A DNA stretch of 64,000 nucleotides from Blepharisma stoltei ATCC 30299 (taxonomy: Eukaryota; Protista; Ciliophora). Both the position numbers and the translations under genes were made by a program. The stretch spans positions 186,001 through 250,000 of the forward strand of contig CBFDEM010000044.1 in assembly GCA_965603825.1 (NCBI GenBank). Direction: 5' to 3'. The notes beneath the pieces were generated by a model. It was given only the letters and a program-made list of their open reading frames with translations, was not told where the DNA came from and did not search any database. Shown here piece after piece: positions 12,785 to 24,241 of the stretch (position 1 is its first letter; every line of letters starts with the position of its first letter).

Positions 12785-14311
12785 TTATAAGCAATCTTCT
12801 CCTAATAGCCCATGATATTTAGCAACCCCTTTTTTTCTTTCATCAATAACCCATTGAAATGAAGTATTATTTAAAATTTCATCAAATAAGCTTGGGTTGT
12901 ATCCTAATGCGTATTCTAATTCGATTATATCTATAGTCATTTTGGAATTCATAGCTTCTTTTGCTTTGGTGTTAGAAGTAATTCCTGGGTCATAATTTGC
13001 TTCGATAAACCAGAGCTTCATGTTATCGTCCATAATAAAATCTAGCCCAAATAGCTCAAAAAGCTGAGGATGCCTGGGAAGCCTATGAAGGGCAGATCGC
13101 ATAATGTGAATGATGGCTGATTTTATAGTGGGCCGAAATTCTTTTTCTAGTCAATCAGAGCCAGCGTCCTTTCTCTCGACTAGATAGTCGAGAAATTGAG
13201 GGTACATTCAGCCTAAATCTTCTAGAGTTTCTGAAATAAGCTCACTTGTGTAGTTGTTTGCTTTAAAATAGCCCTTTGCTTGACCTGTGTTTGTAATGTG
13301 CCGCCAGCCATCAGTTGAGGTGATATTAAACTCATCAACAGAAATCCTTAAGAATCCATCGTGGTATAATACCATCAATGGATCCATACTGGCTACAAAC
13401 ATATAAGCTCTGAAATCGAATTTTTTGCCATTTATTAAGTATGGATTGCTTATGTATTTTTGAGCAATTCGTCCACTGTGAGATTTACAGCTGCCACTTT
13501 TCTCAAAGTCTTCTAAAAACGTTGAAGATAATTGTTTGTCTACAACTTTCACCCCAAAGCCTTGGTTACTTTCTTTTGCTTCTTTATAAATCCATTGGAG
13601 CTCATTTTGTGATATATTTTCTTTTAGGTTTTGCATAAAAAGAGCACACTCTTTTTCGTTACTCAAAATTAATGTATATGGAGTAAATGCTCATATATCA
13701 AAACATTGTTTTCGACCACTAAACTGCTCAGAATATTTTACTAAGTCCATAATACTTTCATCTTTTGCGTCAATATAGGTATTTCCTGGAATGTGATTAT
13801 ATCGTTGCCCAGGACACACAAAATGTTTCCCAATTTCCATAAACTGATGTGTATTGAATACCATATGGAAAAACATTGTGATATTTAAAGGCAAATGAGC
13901 AGGCTTATTTTTACGTACATTTGTTAAGTAATATTCAGGATATACAACATTGTAATTTTCTATAAGTGTTTTTTTAGTAAAATATCATTTGGGGAAGTTC
14001 GAATAAATTATCTTGTCCTCATGCACCGGAAGTCCTCTTGAGTCCAGCTTAACAGGGTTATTTAGTCTATATTCCTTAACACTATCACAATAATCGTCAT
14101 CTGCAAGGATTTTATGAAAATTAGGTTGATAATTTATTGTGCTTAAATAATATTTTCAAGCTTCAGATTCTTCATAGTTTTTATGTGTGATTTCTTCATA
14201 GATTTTCTTTAAAAAAGTTTCTTTTGAGATAGGGTGGCTTAAATAGATGCTTAAAATGTTCAAAAGCAGCAAAACGGATATGAGAGATACTACCACTGTA
14301 AATAATTTCAT
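12785..14311 (-). CDS. Tubulin-tyrosine-ligase-like (TTLL) ATP-grasp protein with N-terminal hydrophobic signal/anchor
   Basis: Single 508-aa frame through several TGA; YNHIPG, WIYK, QGFGV, AQKYISNPYLINGKKFDFRAY, HITN, FELFGLDF, WFIEAN. Confidence 0.87.
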
Positions 14312-14334
14312 ATTATATTTATAAAAAGTCTCAT

Positions 14335-14904
14335 TTACTTTAGAGCTTTATTTAGGATTTTCCAACTAAAGAACAAAATTATACATGCTACTCCTAGTAA
14401 GATGTGTATAAAAGTTTTTATTCATACACTTTCCAATTCTGTTTCAATGCTTTTCATTGCATCTAGTAATGAATTTAGCTTAGCTTTGTAGTCTTTATCG
14501 AAATTTTCAGCTTCTTCTGCGTTTTTTTTGATTTTTTGATGCAGATCTTTTTCTTCATATTCCACAATTTTACCTTCTAATGCAGATAAATTTTCACCTA
14601 ACTTATCAAATGATGCAATAGCATCACGGGTCTTATTTTCATTGATTTCCATAGTGCTTTTTGCTAATTCTGATGCAAATCTATCAAGATTATCAAGTGA
14701 TCTTCCGATTCTGAATAAATTATCTCTGAGATTATTGATTTCAGTCATGACTGACATGATATAGGATTCTTGACTGATATCTTTGAGCTCATGCACCAAG
14801 TCGGACACTAAGCCTGCTTCATTTTCAAGCTCTTTTTCTGTTTTAGCCAGCTCAATTATTTCTTCTCCGTGACTGATAACTCAGAAAATGAAGAACCATA
14901 TCAT
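14335..14904 (-). CDS. Type I membrane protein: signal peptide, coiled coil, C-terminal TM
   Basis: Reading TGA as W adds the N-terminus MIWFFIFWVISHG and the C-terminus WIKTFIHILLGVACIILFFSWK. Confidence 0.7.
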
Positions 14905-15036
14905 TTGAAAAGATTTATTTAAAAGTGAACAATAATAAAAAGATGAGCTAGAAAGTGAATTTACTAAGAGTATTTGGGATAGCTAAAAGAAATTTATGTG
15001 ACGGAGAAACATATAATGAGGTTATAGAGGTGAAAT

Positions 15037-15042
15037 AAAAAA
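15037..15042 (-). terminator. RNA polymerase III T6 terminator of tRNA-Trp
   Basis: TTTTTT one base after the tRNA 3' end on the minus strand. Confidence 0.8.
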
Positions 15043-15043
15043 G

Positions 15044-15116
15044 TGAACCCAGAGCGACTTGAACGCCCAACCTGCGGATTTGGAGTCCGTTGCACTACCA
15101 GTTGTGCTATGGGTCC
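15044..15116 (-). tRNA. trnW: tRNA-Trp(CCA) with 4-bp anticodon stem (A27:C43 mismatch)
   Basis: GGACCCA TA GCAC AACTGGTA GTGC A ACGGA CTCCAAA TCCGC AGGTT GGGCG TTCAAGT CGCTC TGGGTTC A: 73-nt cloverleaf, CCA anticodon, A73 discriminator, intact A/B boxes. Confidence 0.96.
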
Positions 15117-15366
15117 TGCTTATTTTTCTGTAGTCTTGGCACGAATTTAAAGTCTTAATTTGAATATCTAATATAAAAAACCTCTCTAGATCGAAAAAAA
15201 TAAGTGTATGCAAGAAAGTATGGACCACTTTGGTCAGACCTTGAATTTTCCACATTTATTCATTTATCTATGAAATTCAATATATTTTTAAGGTTTATTA
15301 GCGTTCTTTCAGTAAATCAGACAAACTCTATTCATATTATAAATCTATTTTACAAAAATAATTAAA

Positions 15367-16842
15367 ATGACTTTAATTCTTTTCTGCGTGCTTGCAGCGA
15401 TAGCATCTGCGTGAAATCCAACAAATGGTTCTATAAACGGCTATTATAACCTTACAGAAGTCAACAATCTCTTAGAAGAATGAACCAAAATTCATAATGG
15501 AACAGAAACTTTTACAATCGGCAAATCGCTAAGAGGCAAAGAAATAAAAGCTTTTCGTCTTAATTTAGGAAAAGGTCCAGCTGTTCTTGTCATAGGCTGC
15601 CACCATGCTCGTGAACTGATCTCAACAACTCAAGTTCTGTCAATTTTGAACTACATCTTACAAGAAGAATCTGAAGAAATAGATTACATAAGAAAAAACA
15701 GAGAAATAATATTTATCCCAGTCTTAAATGTAGATGGCTTACAAAAAATCAGTGAACACTATGATAAAACCCATACAATCATCGATATAAGGAAAAATCA
15801 GAGACCAACAGAAACTTGTCCTGGAGACGACCATGGGGTGGATTTAAATAGAAATTATGAGTATATGTGGGGCTTCGACAATGAAGGGTCTTCAAATAAC
15901 TCATGTGGCGAAGACTACAGAGGAAGCTCCCCATTTTCAGAGCCAGAAACCAAAGCTATTAGAGACTTATTATTAAACAAATCATTTTCAGTAGCTGTTT
16001 CCTATCATAGCTGGGGTGACCTTTATGTGCATCCATGGTGCTATAGAAATTCTTTTAACCCTTCTGATTTAAGGCCTGAAGATTGGAGTCTTTATAATAG
16101 CGTAAAAACTATACTGCCAAGCACTGCCCAAATGGGGAATCCAAACCAACTTCTTAATTATGCTGTAAATGGCTGCTTTATAGATTTCGCATATTCATTA
16201 GGCATATTTAGCATGGCCGTTGAACTCGGGCCTGAAAATGATTTTCATCCCCCAATTGGCAAAGTTAAAGGTATTCTTGAAAACCATCTTGCTCCTTTTA
16301 TGTACTTACTCAAACACTCAGGCCCAGTTATGAACTTATGGCTTCAAAATTTAACAATCCATGGCTCAGTTGTGGAGTTTTATTTAGAAATTTATAACCA
16401 AGGCATGCAAGATGCTACAAACCAAACCCTCACATTTGAGCTGTCCCACGAGTATTCCATCCATCATTTCTTTCCCTATAACACTTTTGCGCACAACAAA
16501 AACGGCAGGCTCACAAATATCCATCTTCCTGCTATCTCTAAGCGCTCCAAACAGGCTATAATGTTTAAAATCAGTCTAGACGAGTCTGCAGACGAATTTT
16601 TATACAGCTTTTACTTCCAGCCCCATTCTCCTCTTAATGCCCAACTTTCTAACACCATTCAGTATAAGATAGTAAGAGGGAGCACTGCGGTCCTCTTATG
16701 GATTGTTATTCTCATTATTGCTCTTATAGGAGTCGCAGTAGTCGTGGTGTTCAGATTTACCAAGAAAAGAATCACCCCAATCAAATTTGTTGAACTTGAC
16801 AAATTTAACAAAGCCAACAGTCAGGGCACTCCTACCATTTAA
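15367..16842 (+). CDS. M14 zinc carboxypeptidase, membrane-anchored
   Basis: Signal peptide; HHARE, NVDG, RKN, GVDLNRNY, PFSEPE, YHSW, catalytic VEL; C-terminal TM; two TGA near the N-terminus. Confidence 0.92.
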
Positions 16843-16872
16843 GCAGGTAATAATTATAATCTTTTAAATATC

Positions 16873-17646
16873 ATGAGCTATATCAGAAGCTTCCAATCCC
16901 TGCATTTTCCATGAAGATTCAACGACAGGAGCCCATTTACCCTTTTACCTCTCACAGATGTCTTGACAAATGAATTACAAGTTTACAAGCAAGGCTTTAT
17001 TACAGCATTTCGCGAAACCTTATGTGCACTTGAAGAAAATGATACAGATTTCTTGAAAAGCGTAATGGAGCCACGGCTTTATCCAGAAGTTCACGCTGGG
17101 CTTGACACATTGAAGAGGAGAGGCCATAGCATAAAAAGGACAAATACAGACCAATTCATATATGCTTATTACTATAATGACAGAATATATCAAGGGGTGA
17201 ATATTGATAGGTCTCTAAATAAAGGGAAAGAGATGGAAAAAGCTCAGATGATGAATGTCGATCTTAGAATCGGGAAATCAAAAGAGCCAAGAATGTATAT
17301 GGAAAATATGAAAATTTTTACAGGGAAAGACGGGCTGCTGACGAATAACTTGATTTTCAAGGTAGATGTGGTTTACAATACTGCAGTTAAGCTGATTGTG
17401 CTGGATGAAAACGGAGAAAAACTCATTGGGGATCAGAATAAATCGCCGGAGACACACAAGTTTAGATTTGAAACGATGACTGAAATGCCGAGTGGGGTAA
17501 TGACACAAGCTTTGACGAATTTCCAGATCATGCTTTATTATTTGAATTGTATGGGAACGAATCCTATCAAAGTCAACGAATGGATTATCACTGATATTGA
17601 CGATCATTTGAAAGGAAATCCGTTTATTGAAGATTCTGGTAATTAA
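16873..17646 (+). CDS. Hypothetical protein, possibly Tim44/MBA1-like mitochondrial domain
   Basis: Continuous frame via one TGA; C-terminal HKFRFE...WIITDID pattern; family call tentative. Confidence 0.55.
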
Positions 17647-18115
17647 TGAGATTTTCTTTTATAGCATTTTTTGTGTCGATTAAGCTCTATAAAATAAGTT
17701 AAAATATTTTTACCATATGGAGATAGCTTTTTAACCAAAATTAAAATTGTTATTAAACAGCGCCAAAATCAATTTTTATTTTTCCACATATAGTTTGATT
17801 AGATGATATCTGCATCATTCTTAGTATTAATCTTTATATTATAACGATTTACCTCAATCTATTTACCAATAAAAGTTTGATTTTCATCAAGCTTTCTGCT
17901 TGTGCACAAAAATGCAAAGAAATTATTGACTCCCCATAAAAAATCAAAATAACCCGCAAAAATTATTATTTTTTAAAGCAGATTAACAGCAGCATCAATT
18001 TTCAGCCTACTTATAAGTCTTTCTTATCTCTCTCACCTATCCCGGCAACACTAATTTGAATTTAAATCAATGGCAAAAAAAGTGCGAAAAATACCTTTTC
18101 TTACATTATTTATTC

Positions 18116-18862
18116 ATGTTTAAAGAAGACCCTTCAAGCCAATTCACCCCCGCAAAATCCTCCAAAACTGAATTTCCTACAGACTTCCAAACCCCACAGC
18201 ATTCAAATCTCTATTGTCTCCAATGTTCTGCCTTAATTTCCGGCCCATTTCCAAGCTCAGAGTCAATTTCTGTCATCAATGTTTCAGCATCCCCTACTAT
18301 TTCCACCTGCCCAACCACTCCAGAGCTTTTCTCTCAAAAAAAGCTCTTCAGCTGCGAAATTTGTGACCGCAATTATACGCGGCCGTCCACTCTAAAAGTC
18401 CATATGCGTAAGCACTCGGGCGAAAAGCCTTATTCTTGTGACATTTGCCACAAGTCCTTTGCAGAGAAAGGCAATTTAAAGACCCATATGAGAATTCATA
18501 CTGGGGAAAAGCCTTTTGAATGCAAAGAGTGTGGAGGGAGGTTTACCACTCAGGGACATCTGACAGATCATAGTAGGAGACATACAAATTCCAGACCTTT
18601 TCAATGTGACGAGTGTGGGAGCAACTTTATGAGGTCAAGTACACTAAAGATACATAAAAGAAGGCACACAGGGGAAAAACCGTATAAATGTGACGCCTGT
18701 GATAAGTGTTTTAGTGAGTCAGGGAATTTGAAGACTCATATGAGGACTCATACTGGAGAACGCCCTTATATGTGCAATGTAGAGGGATGTGGTAAAGCAT
18801 TTAAGACAAAGGGGCACCTTGCTGATCATTTGAAAACTAAGCAGCACCAAGAGTCTCAGTAA
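18116..18862 (+). CDS. C2H2 zinc-finger transcription factor (6 fingers)
   Basis: Six CxxC...HxxxH fingers with TGEKP-type linkers. Confidence 0.93.
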   Translation: MFKEDPSSQFTPAKSSKTEFPTDFQTPQHSNLYCLQCSALISGPFPSSESISVINVSASPTISTCPTTPELFSQKKLFSCEICDRNYTRPSTLKVHMRKHSGEKPYSCDICHKSFAEKGNLKTHMRIHTGEKPFECKECGGRFTTQGHLTDHSRRHTNSRPFQCDECGSNFMRSSTLKIHKRRHTGEKPYKCDACDKCFSESGNLKTHMRTHTGERPYMCNVEGCGKAFKTKGHLADHLKTKQHQESQ

Positions 18863-19186
18863 TTTAATAATTTGAAATACTCTCTTATAATAATGGTCTT
18901 CCTTCAGTATTTGTGTTTTATAAGGAAAAGCTTCAGATTTTTATATTGATATCTATATGCTATGGTTTTCTTTGTAAATTTTGGCAAATCTGTGGCAGTT
19001 TTCTGTTGGTGATTTGTCATATTTGAATGCCATTTAAATTTTGATCTTGTGATTAATATAATTCCAATCAGTTAGAATATAGATTTAACTATCCCAAGTT
19101 AATTTAGAAATTTATATTTATTAATAATTACAAAAAATTATTTAAATACCTTCTCGCTTGTTTAGAATCACCCTTTGTATTATTAC

Positions 19187-20599
19187 TTACAATAAATTTT
19201 CCATCCTGGAAAGTCTGATATTATTTTCTTCGGTCTCTGCCATCGTTTTCCAAAGTATTTTTTCAGCTTGTGCTTTTAGAATGCAATCATTAATAATATC
19301 ATTCGTAAATTCTTCGTAAAAATTGATCGGGGCAGGAGGCTTCTGAGCTTCTTCATCTTCATTTCTTCATTGACTTACATTAAGTGTCATAAAAATTTCT
19401 ATGCCCTGCCTATAAAACTTTCAATCTAATGTATGTTTCTTAATTTTATCTTTTTTAAACTCTCTGATATAAAGAATTTTTACATACTCAGGAATAATTT
19501 CTTTTTCTGGTGGCCTAGTAGCCCTAACTACTCTATTTGTTTGTGTTTTTTTCCGTTTCTTTGTCCTGCTTTCTGGCTGTCTCTTCTGGTCTTCAATTTC
19601 TGCTTTATTTCATTTTTCTAGCAATTTCAAGTTCAGAAGTCTGGAAGACACTAAACAGCGTTTCCATATCCTCTGAATTTTTAATATAGCCTGCTTCCAC
19701 TTGCTCATTAATTGTAAAAATGTATATTGTGCGATCACTTTTTCAAATAGCGAAACTTTCATTCTTAAATATCGTTTTCTTCTCCTTATGAGTCAGCACT
19801 TTAAGTGAAATATAAACCTCAGCTTCAAAACCTATATAAAAGCTACTCTGATGCTCCTCTTTCTTCTGATTTCTTTAAGGACCATTATGATCTTCCCTAC
19901 AGCACGGCTAAGACCTTTGAGTCAAGTTAATGATTTTTCAGCCCTTTTATGCAATCTTCAACGATTTTTTATGAGATTTGCTACAACTCAAGCAGCTCCT
20001 AAACTTGAATATAAAACAGCTCAAGCTACTTTCAGCTGTTTAGCTTCCTATATTATTTTTACATCTTTTCTAACCCTCATATCATACCTCCTAAACTTAT
20101 CAACCCACGCCTCCTGCTTCTGCTGTTTCACTTCTTTCAAAATTGCGGAATGAGCTCTTTTAGTGATCTCTAAGTGTTCCCATTTCTTTCTAAAGGTTTC
20201 TCTCATAGCCTTTTCTTTATTTACAGGTACATATACAGTCATATCTTTATTCTTCCGAATCCGCTCATTTAAAGATTTTCTTTCTTCCTTCGTTTTTCTC
20301 TTAATCACAGGTGAAATTCCTTAATAGAGTATACAGTTATATTTAGCTAAAAATCCTTCGTCAAATCTTGGGGTTGTTGAAAATTGTAAAGTGTTGTCTT
20401 GCGAAAAATGAGAACGGTGGGATCGCTGGGTTGTATAAGATCTTTCTTCAAATCTATAGGTTTTTGATAGTACAGGAATTTCGTAGGATACACGGCGACT
20501 TTGGTTGTTGTGTGAAGATGTGTCTAGGATTGGCTTCGCATGTGAAAAAGATAAAGAGGCTTTATGATAATCGAGGTTGATCATAAGTAATATTGCCAT
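19187..20599 (-). CDS. Basic, Trp-rich IQ-motif protein (about 455 aa)
   Basis: Continuous after removing 15-nt introns 20320-20334, 20048-20062 and 19832-19846 and reading 9 TGA as W; AILKIQRIWKR IQ-like motif. Confidence 0.72.
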
Positions 20600-21226
20600 A
20601 TTAAGATATGGTAGAATCTGATAGATTTTGAAAAATATTTTTAATTGAGTGAAGTCATTTTTGATAGACTTAGAGAAGATTATGTATGATTATAAAATAA
20701 ATATATTATAATTTTGGTATTGCAAAAAAAGACGGTTAAACGAAGCATTTTTGCTAATAATGGTTATTTGTTGTACGTAAAAACGAGTTAATTTAGCTGA
20801 TATAAGAAATTTATCTCTTTACGAAATCGCTATTCGAAAAATGAGTGATTAATCCGAAGCAATTCTGATTTAAATTCAAAGAAACGGGCTAAATGAGTCT
20901 TATTTGACTACTTTAAAATAGAAGTACTGAAAAAAAGAGATAAGCAATAGGAAAGGAAAAAATTAAGCAAAATTTTCCCTAAAAATCATTCTAAAAAAAC
21001 TCTTTAAAACTTGCTAACTTAAACTGCCAAGGAAAAACTATCAAATTTATCTCTATATCGATTTAAGGTTCAATTCATCCTCTTTCAAAGTGGCCTAAAT
21101 TAGTCCAGCAGATTCCATTCAATGCGCAATCCAAATTCTTCACAAATTATAATAACTAATCTGATTTATCTCCAACAAGCAGCTTAACTTCTTCTTCTAA
21201 TAAAAACTTAACTAAAGGAATATTAT

Positions 21227-21676
21227 TTAGAATCTAAGCTTGCTGAACAAGAACTTAGTATGTTGGCTGGCTCCTTTTTCTGCTTTCTTTGCAACAGTCT
21301 GTGATGTATATTTCTTGGTAAGCATATTTCTGAGTTCCTTGCGAAGCTCTTTCCTGGACTTGACGCTTGCCATCTTTTCATCAGTGACGACACCTTTGAG
21401 ATCAATATCGGTGGAAACCAAATATCTAGTTGGTAAGATGTGTTGATAATTCACATACTTTACGAATGCCTTGACTCTTGTTCTCCTTTCCTTTTTCTTT
21501 TCGTGCATCTTTTCTGTAATGAAAAGTGGAGCTTTGGCTACTCCTGCGACCAGAGCGTGAGGGAATTTTCTATCCTTTGTACCTTCATCATAGAGCTTGG
21601 CAATGACTGCTTTTTTGCCTGCATATCTTCCAGTTAAGAGAATCACGACTCTTCCAACCTTTATTGGCTTCACCAT
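21227..21676 (-). CDS. RPL27: 60S ribosomal protein L27 (eL27)
   Basis: GRVVILLTGRYAGKKAVI, VNYQHILPTRY, LFSKLRF. Confidence 0.97.
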   Translation of the reverse strand: MVKPIKVGRVVILLTGRYAGKKAVIAKLYDEGTKDRKFPHALVAGVAKAPLFITEKMHEKKKERRTRVKAFVKYVNYQHILPTRYLVSTDIDLKGVVTDEKMASVKSRKELRKELRNMLTKKYTSQTVAKKAEKGASQHTKFLFSKLRF

Positions 21677-21739
21677 TTACCAATTATAGCCACAGACATT
21701 TTTAGAAAAGAGATTAGTTATATGAAATTCCTATTAAAA

Positions 21740-23077
21740 TTAAGGATTCTGGTTGGAAAGAAAAGATGTGAACATATGGTAGCCTTCAGGTCTCTTCCAT
21801 TGAATTGACATATGTCCTGTTCCTTTGATAGTCATAAAGGTCAAGTTGTTCGTGTAAGTAACATAAAACCCTCCCACTTGGCTGTTCAAATACCATGGAG
21901 TCCAGTCTTTAGTTATTTTCAAGTTAAGGTTAGTGATCCATCTGATGGTGCCGGTGACTGGGACCACTGAATCGGTATCCCCTGAGTAAATCCTGATCTT
22001 AATTCCTGAGTTGAGAAGGTAAGGATACACGTAAATTGAGCCTCTTGCGTAGTCATATTGATAGTCTAAATTAGCGCAGGAATTCCAAACAAGTGAGAAA
22101 CTGCTTGGAATATTAAATGCAGCTCTAACTTGAGCATTATTAAAATAATGAGTTAACCCTAAAGAGTCTACACAAGGTGAAGAAAGAGCTCCTAATCCTG
22201 CGTGCATCCATGGGGTGTATAAGTGCATGTTTCCAATAGGATCATAAATGCATGTCCTATAAATATCATAAGGGTTAATATTGTTCATTAAGTTCATCAT
22301 CTGGTCAAATGCGTCCATGCAGATTGGGTCATTCGTATAAGGATACTCATCAACAATGGAGCAGTTATTATTTACCCATGTATTTCTCAATGGATACCCA
22401 TACATAGTATGCCACCACAACAAGTCAGGAAGGGTCGTTATCTGGTCATACTTCCAATCTGTGATCCCATTTCCGACCATAATTCCTTGGAGATTAATAG
22501 TCATTGCAGGTTTTCCTGCATTGTACTGCAGAATAAAATAAGCCAAGGTTGGAATATAGATGCCTGCATAACTTTCTCCAGTTATATAGAATGGTAATTG
22601 GTTTAGTTCTGTGAAATAGTCTGAAAAGAAAGTTACAAGGGCGTTCAAGTTGTCTATCGCAGTCTGGTTGTCGCTTGTAACGTTATTTGCAAGGGAGCCC
22701 ATAGGAGAAAAGCCTACACCAGCTGGAGCTTCGAAATAGAGCATTGAGGCATTGAGATTCCAGGAATATGGGTTCTGAAACATTTTGGTGCTTTGAGTTT
22801 GGAAATAGTATGGACCATTTTCGTATAAAAATCCTTCCATTGAGGAGCAGCCTGGGCCGCCGTTCAGCCAAAGGACTACTGGGTCTTTTGCAGGGTTGCC
22901 TTGACTTTTGACTAAAACATAGTGGATTTGCCTGCCTCCTGTGTTTGGCAGTGGGATAAAGCCAGAGTACATAGGGAAGGTTGGTTGAACAGGTGCCCAA
23001 GGAAGAGTTTTTATCAAGTCTTGTGGTCTATCTGCAGAAATGAAGACAGAGAGAAGAGTCAACCAAAGAAACTTCAT
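21740..23077 (-). CDS. Serine carboxypeptidase (S10)
   Basis: Signal peptide MKFLWL; WLNGGPGCSS, GESYAG, YSGDTD, KGTGHM; alternative ATG at 23089. Confidence 0.95.
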   Translation of the reverse strand: MKFLWLTLLSVFISADRPQDLIKTLPWAPVQPTFPMYSGFIPLPNTGGRQIHYVLVKSQGNPAKDPVVLWLNGGPGCSSMEGFLYENGPYYFQTQSTKMFQNPYSWNLNASMLYFEAPAGVGFSPMGSLANNVTSDNQTAIDNLNALVTFFSDYFTELNQLPFYITGESYAGIYIPTLAYFILQYNAGKPAMTINLQGIMVGNGITDWKYDQITTLPDLLWWHTMYGYPLRNTWVNNNCSIVDEYPYTNDPICMDAFDQMMNLMNNINPYDIYRTCIYDPIGNMHLYTPWMHAGLGALSSPCVDSLGLTHYFNNAQVRAAFNIPSSFSLVWNSCANLDYQYDYARGSIYVYPYLLNSGIKIRIYSGDTDSVVPVTGTIRWITNLNLKITKDWTPWYLNSQVGGFYVTYTNNLTFMTIKGTGHMSIQWKRPEGYHMFTSFLSNQNP

Positions 23078-24241
23078 ATTTTTCACCATGTTAAAGTTTG
23101 GGTTTCTTATCACAAAATTGACAGCATTTGATTCCACAGTGAAAGGGGATTTTAAGTAAATTAATTTTAGAATTAACTAGACTTAATGTAAAATAAATTT
23201 ATAGTAGAATAAATTTTGATCAAAATCAGCTTTTTCTTGACTCCAATTCTTCATATAGTAAGAATGGTAATACATTGCATTTTTGTGATTATTTGATTTT
23301 ATTTATCTTATAATTTTAACTCGTATTGGTTAGTTTTATTGGATTTTTATTAATCAGCTATTTTATGAACAATGATAGCATAATTGGCTGATTTTATTGG
23401 CATTCAATTGATAGCATAGTTCAGAAATTTAGATGCTTGTGTTTTTATAAGTTTTGAAATGATAAAAAATACCTGGACTCTGGCAATTTTCGTTTAAATT
23501 CTTTGGATATATTAATTATTTACCCTAATTACGCGAAACTGAATATTGATAGAAGCATTTCATTAATAAAGATACCTCATCATTGAAATATCTCAACCAT
23601 ATTTATTAAATTATTGTAATGCTAATTGCCATCTGGTGGAATTTTCAATTTTTAGTATTGGTTTTTTGATAAATAATGGACGAGTAACTTATTTTACTAT
23701 TATAATTTATTTAGTTTTGTATGTAAAATTAAAAGAAAATCAATTTTAATGCATGATTATTTATAGTTAAGATTATTAAAAGCAAATAAGCTAGCTCTAT
23801 ATAGTTATAGCAAGCCAAATTATTCATATTTTATTTGAATTTATATGTCAGAAATAGATTTTAAATAGAAATAAACATTTGGCAACCCACAAAATACCTG
23901 GGTCCAAAAGAATTTACTACATGTCTATTTGCTTATATCAAAGGGATTGTAGAAAAATCATTTTTCTTGTATTTTTTAATTTAAAATGCTCACTCTTTCA
24001 CTAGTATATTTGTAAAATAATATTAATTAATTTAATAAATAAATGTCACTTTTTGCAAAAACTCCATATGTTTCTACTTTCTTCAAATTTATACACCTGA
24101 TTTCAAAATTAATTTTAAAATATTACTCTTTCTACAAAGTCCTATTAATTTTTTTATTTCCTTAGAAAATTCGGAGTCTTTAATTATCGAATTACATTTA
24201 TTTTCTTAATTTTTACTTTCCCCTTAATTATAGTAAAAATT

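Noticed and set aside
15022-15255. 77-aa ORF over the tRNA
   Set aside because: Overlaps the tRNA-Trp gene; no protein features
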